A DNA stretch of 64,000 nt from contig JANNXA010000044.1 of assembly GCA_031409275.1 (NCBI GenBank), positions 45,830 through 109,829 of the forward strand, in the 5' to 3' direction. The notes beneath the pieces were generated by a model. That model saw only the letters and a program-made list of their open reading frames with translations, was not told where the DNA came from and did not search any database. The translations under genes and the position numbers were made by a program. The DNA comes from Planctomycetota bacterium. GTDB lineage: Bacteria > Planctomycetota > B15-G4 > SIAN01. Numbering within the stretch: the first letter of the stretch is position 1; every line of letters starts with the position of its first letter. Shown one piece after another: positions 57,785 to 64,000 of this stretch.

Positions 57785-59194
57785 ATGCTGCCCGCAAAAG
57801 CCGTTACTCATTGGCAAGCCGTTCTCGAAAAGATCGAACAGAAGACGACTCCGCAACAGTTCGCAACCTGGTTCCGCAACTTGCAGTTGGCGGAACTCGA
57901 CGAGCAGCGAGTCGTCCTGCGCGTGCCGAGCAAGTTCCATCGCGATTGGATCGTGACCTACTACCGCGATGTGGTCGAGGAATCGGTCGCGCTGGTGCTG
58001 GGCGGCGCGCGCGAACTCCACCTCGAAGTCGGCGGACGCGAGGGCGGTGATGGCGCGGCCGCGCGCGTGACGGCCCCGTTGGCCCCACCCCCGGCGAAGG
58101 CCGCGCGGGCCGAGGCGCCGCGCGCCCCGGGCCACGCAAAGCCTGGTGCGGTCAGGACTTGTGGCGACCTGCCGCTCACCGAGGGCTACGACCTCGCGCG
58201 ATTCGTGCAGGGTCCGTGCAACCAGCTCGCGACGGCGGCCGCGCAGTCGCTCGCCACCTCGGCCCAAGTCGACTTCGCGACGCTCTTCATCGTCGGCGCG
58301 ACCGGCACCGGCAAGACGCATCTGCTGCAGGCCGTGGCGCGCGCCGCGGCAGCCAGGAACGAGGGCGGACGCCAGGTCGCGTACGTCCGCGGCGAGAACT
58401 TCGTCAACGAGTTCGTGACCGCCTGCGCCCAGGGCGCCGAAGCGGCCAGCCGCTTTCGCGACCGTTGGCGCGGCCTCGACTTCGTCTGCTTCGATGACCT
58501 GCAACTGCTCGCCGGCAAGGTCGGCACGCAATCGGAACTGGTGCACACGCTGAACGCGTGGGGCGACCGTGGCACGCGCCTCGTCTTCGCGGCGAGCTGC
58601 AATCCCGGCGAGACGCTGAACCTCGATCCCGCGCTGCAGGCGCGGCTGGCCGGCGCCTATCGGGTCAGCCTGCGCGCTCCGGAACGGGAGACGCGCCTTG
58701 CCCTCGTCGTCGCCAAGGCGAAGCTGCGCGGCGAGGCCTTGCCGGCCGACGTCGCCGACTTCCTCGCGGAGCTGCCGACCCACAACGTGCGCGAGCTCGA
58801 AGGCGCGCTCACCAGCGTTCTCGCCGGCGCCAAGCTGACTAGCTCCTCCATCAGCCTCAAGTCGGCGCGTGCGGCGCTGAACGACGACTCGCTGTTGTCG
58901 CGGCCGGCGTCGTCTCCCGATCGCATCTTGAAGGCGATCTGCCAGCACTTCGAAGTGACCGTCGCCGACCTCTGCTCGCCGCGCCGCCCGCAGGCGCTCT
59001 CCTTCGCGCGCCAGGCCGCGATGTTCCTGCTGCGCGAGCGGACGGAGCTTTCGCTTTCGGAGATCGGCGCGCAGCTCGGCGGTCGCGACCACACCACGAT
59101 CCTGCATGGCATCCGCAAGATCGACGAAGTGGCTCACACCGACAGTCGCACGCGCGATCACCTCACGCGACTGCGCACGATGCTCGAGCGCTGA
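57785..59194 (+). CDS. dnaA: Chromosomal replication initiator DnaA
   Basis: Domain I 'FATWF', Walker A 'GATGTGKTHL', Walker B 'FDDLQ', 'NVRELEGAL', domain IV 'GGRDHTTILHG'. Confidence 0.95.
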   Translation: MLPAKAVTHWQAVLEKIEQKTTPQQFATWFRNLQLAELDEQRVVLRVPSKFHRDWIVTYYRDVVEESVALVLGGARELHLEVGGREGGDGAAARVTAPLAPPPAKAARAEAPRAPGHAKPGAVRTCGDLPLTEGYDLARFVQGPCNQLATAAAQSLATSAQVDFATLFIVGATGTGKTHLLQAVARAAAARNEGGRQVAYVRGENFVNEFVTACAQGAEAASRFRDRWRGLDFVCFDDLQLLAGKVGTQSELVHTLNAWGDRGTRLVFAASCNPGETLNLDPALQARLAGAYRVSLRAPERETRLALVVAKAKLRGEALPADVADFLAELPTHNVRELEGALTSVLAGAKLTSSSISLKSARAALNDDSLLSRPASSPDRILKAICQHFEVTVADLCSPRRPQALSFARQAAMFLLRERTELSLSEIGAQLGGRDHTTILHGIRKIDEVAHTDSRTRDHLTRLRTMLER

Positions 59195-59223
59195 TCAACC
59201 TCGACGACCGACACGGAAAACGC

Positions 59224-59267
59224 GCGGGCGGCGACTCCTTTGGGAGGTCGCCGCCCGCTTCGGTTTT
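59224..59267 (+). terminator. Intrinsic terminator after dnaA
   Basis: 12-bp stem GCGGGCGGCGAC/GTCGCCGCCCGC followed by TTCGGTTTT. Confidence 0.7.
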
Positions 59268-59269
59268 GG

Positions 59270-59600
59270 CCACCAGCTCGAGCGACCGGCCATCAGGGTC
59301 GGTGGAGATCTCCCGGGCAACTGCCCCAGATCCTTGCAGCAACCTCGCGCGCTCTCCCCAGCCTCGATCCGCTTCCCACCACGACCGCTGGCCCGAAGTG
59401 GAGAGCGGGATTGGAATCCACCAGCTCTCCCCTCGACAACGCCTCCAGAAATCAGCCGGAACTCGAACTCGAGCCACGACTTAGCGCATGCGTTCGGAGA
59501 GTTGTCCCGATTCCGCGGACCCCATCAACACGGACACGAACGAATTGAGTTCTTCTTCCCTAGAATCCGGCCCCGCATCAGAGCAGTGCGGCAGGAACCG
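59270..59600. other. Candidate oriC (dnaA-dnaN intergenic region)
   Basis: Position; TTGTCCCGA-TTCCGCG-GACCC-CAT CAA CAC loosely resembles a DnaA-box/GC/DnaA-trio unwinding module; no exact TTATCCACA seen. Confidence 0.45.
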
Positions 59601-59626
59601 GCCAGGCGAATGGATGAGGGAGAGGC

Positions 59627-60724
59627 ATGAAGCTGCGCTGCGATCGCAAGGAACTCCAGGAAATCGTCGCCATCGTCGGCGGCGTCACCGCCAGCCGCGG
59701 CACCCGTCCGATCCTCCAACACATCCTCTTCAAGACCCACGGTCCTGAACTCGAGTTGCTGGCCACGGACCTCGAGGTCTCGCTTCGCTGCCGCTACACG
59801 CCGCTGCTGATCGAGGAGCAGGGAACGCTGGCCCTTCCTGCCGCGATGCTGGGAAGCATCCTGCGGGAGGCTCCCGGCGAGACGATCGACCTGTCGAGCG
59901 ACGGCAACGTGGCCCTGCTGCGCTCGTCGCGAGGGCAGTTCCGCGTCAGCGGAGAGAACCCCTCCGACTTCCCCGAAGTGGCCGCAGGCGATGCGCCGAA
60001 CTTCGTCGACCTTCCGGCGCCGCTCTTTCGCGAGCTCGCCGAACGGACCGAGTTCGCCGCCAGCCGGGAGCTCGGTCGCTACGCGATCGACGGCATCCTC
60101 CTCGAGCTCGACGGCAAGACGATTCGCATGGTGAGCACCGACGGGCGGCGGCTCGCGCTGGCCGAAGCGACGTTGGGCGTGCCGGTCGTCCACCCGGTCA
60201 AGGAGATCGTGCCGCTGAAGGGGGTCACCCACTTCCTGCGCTCGCTGGGGCCGACCGCCGAAGTGGTGGGCCTGCACCTGAGCAAGCGGCGCGCGCTGCT
60301 GCGTTGCGGCAACACCGTGCTCAGCGCGACGTCGCGCGACGCCGAGTTCCCGGACTACCGAGGCGTCGTGCCGGCGGAGGATGTCGGCACCACGGTGCAG
60401 CTCGATCGCGATCTCTTCTTCGGTTGCGTCCGGCAGGTCAACGTCATGGCCGGCGATGACGCGCCAGCGATCACGCTGACCTTCAGCGAGGGCAGCCTGG
60501 TGCTGGCCGGGAAGCACGAAGGGCGCGGCGATGCGCGCAGCGAGATGCCGGTCGACTACATCGGGCCGGAAGTGAAGATCTCGTTCAACCCCGCCTTCCT
60601 CCTCGATTTCGCCAAGCGGCAGCTGCCGGAGAAGTTGCCCTTCAGCTTCCGCGACTCGACCGCGGCGTGCGTCTTCCGGCCGGCGGCGGGCTTCGCGTAC
60701 GTCGTCATGCCGATGAGCTTGTAA
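59627..60724 (+). CDS. dnaN: DNA polymerase III beta sliding clamp
   Basis: 'ATDLEVS', 'STDGRRLA', 'FPDY', 'FNPAFLLD', 'YVVMPM'. Confidence 0.95.
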   Translation: MKLRCDRKELQEIVAIVGGVTASRGTRPILQHILFKTHGPELELLATDLEVSLRCRYTPLLIEEQGTLALPAAMLGSILREAPGETIDLSSDGNVALLRSSRGQFRVSGENPSDFPEVAAGDAPNFVDLPAPLFRELAERTEFAASRELGRYAIDGILLELDGKTIRMVSTDGRRLALAEATLGVPVVHPVKEIVPLKGVTHFLRSLGPTAEVVGLHLSKRRALLRCGNTVLSATSRDAEFPDYRGVVPAEDVGTTVQLDRDLFFGCVRQVNVMAGDDAPAITLTFSEGSLVLAGKHEGRGDARSEMPVDYIGPEVKISFNPAFLLDFAKRQLPEKLPFSFRDSTAACVFRPAAGFAYVVMPMSL

Positions 60725-60734
60725 GGGGCCTGCG

Positions 60735-63513
<2,779 letters not shown>

Positions 63514-63611
63514 GCGCTCCCCCGGCGCGGGGCACGCCGGAACTTTCTGCAGGCCGCTCAAGTCGGGGGGCGGTGGGCGTCGATCGGGGCAGGAGAGGTG
63601 TCCTCCCCGAC

Positions 63612-64000
63612 ATGCGAACCGCCACCAAGATTTCTTCGCTCCACGCCGGCCAGGTGTTGCGTGCCGAAGGGATTCTCACGCCTGAGCAGCTCGAAGAGGT
63701 GCAGGCGGAGGCGACGTCCACGGGCGAGCGCGTCGCCGACGTGATCCTCGCGCGCGGGTTCGCGACTGAATACGACCTCGCCAAGGCGTTGGTCCACCAG
63801 CTCTCGCTGCCCTACCTGAGCGCGAAGCAATACAGCTCGCCGAAGGATGTGAAGACGGTCCTGCCGGCGGCGACGCTCTACCAGCACAAGATCCTGCCGC
63901 TCGACGTGTTCGGCGAGGTGCTGCTGATCGCGACCTACTCCGACCTCGATCCGCAGGCGGTGGCCGACATCGAAGCGGAGACCGGCAAGCGGCTCGCCTG
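63612..64000 (+). CDS. MshEN / GspE N-terminal-like domain protein, 3'-partial
   Basis: My translation: MRTATKISSLHAGQVLRAEGILTPEQLEEVQAEATSTGERVADVILARGFATEYDLAKALVHQLSLPY...ILPLDVFGEVLLIA; open to the window end. Confidence 0.7.
   Translation, partial: MRTATKISSLHAGQVLRAEGILTPEQLEEVQAEATSTGERVADVILARGFATEYDLAKALVHQLSLPYLSAKQYSSPKDVKTVLPAATLYQHKILPLDVFGEVLLIATYSDLDPQAVADIEAETGKRLA

Overview
A 64-kb, very GC-rich (about 70% by eye) bacterial chromosome segment near the replication origin. The gene style (ECF sigma/Ser-Thr kinase pairs, FG-GAP and SBBP propeller proteins) suggests Planctomycetota, which is an inference. Core content: dnaA-dnaN-dciA(DUF721)-gyrB, parB with two parS sites but no adjacent parA, an argG-X-argC-argD-argB operon with ARG-box-like operators, hppA, pyrF, hemW, a sigma-70 factor, and bshC-bshB1-bshA coupled to a cysteine desulfurase. 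Accessory content: a PIN-GNAT-(PUA-like) + ASCH pair, a DUF4956-TPR-CotH-VTC operon, hipBA, three Hanks-type kinases (one fused to a cNMP-binding domain next to a cNMP phosphodiesterase), an orphan multi-HAMP chemoreceptor and a large HPr-domain fusion. Most notable: (1) a DUF1611/DgcN-like protein translationally coupled inside the arg operon where ArgA/ArgJ is missing, a candidate alternative N-acylglutamate synthase; (2) a 1.6-kb integrase-free, lower-GC islet bounded by an exact 44-bp direct repeat, carrying a 14-Cys secreted protein; (3) a sigma factor with no canonical start codon (probable ATT start); (4) an unlisted 43-aa Lys-rich protein. No rRNA, tRNA, CRISPR array or transposase was recognised. 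All family assignments come from motif recognition, not database searches.
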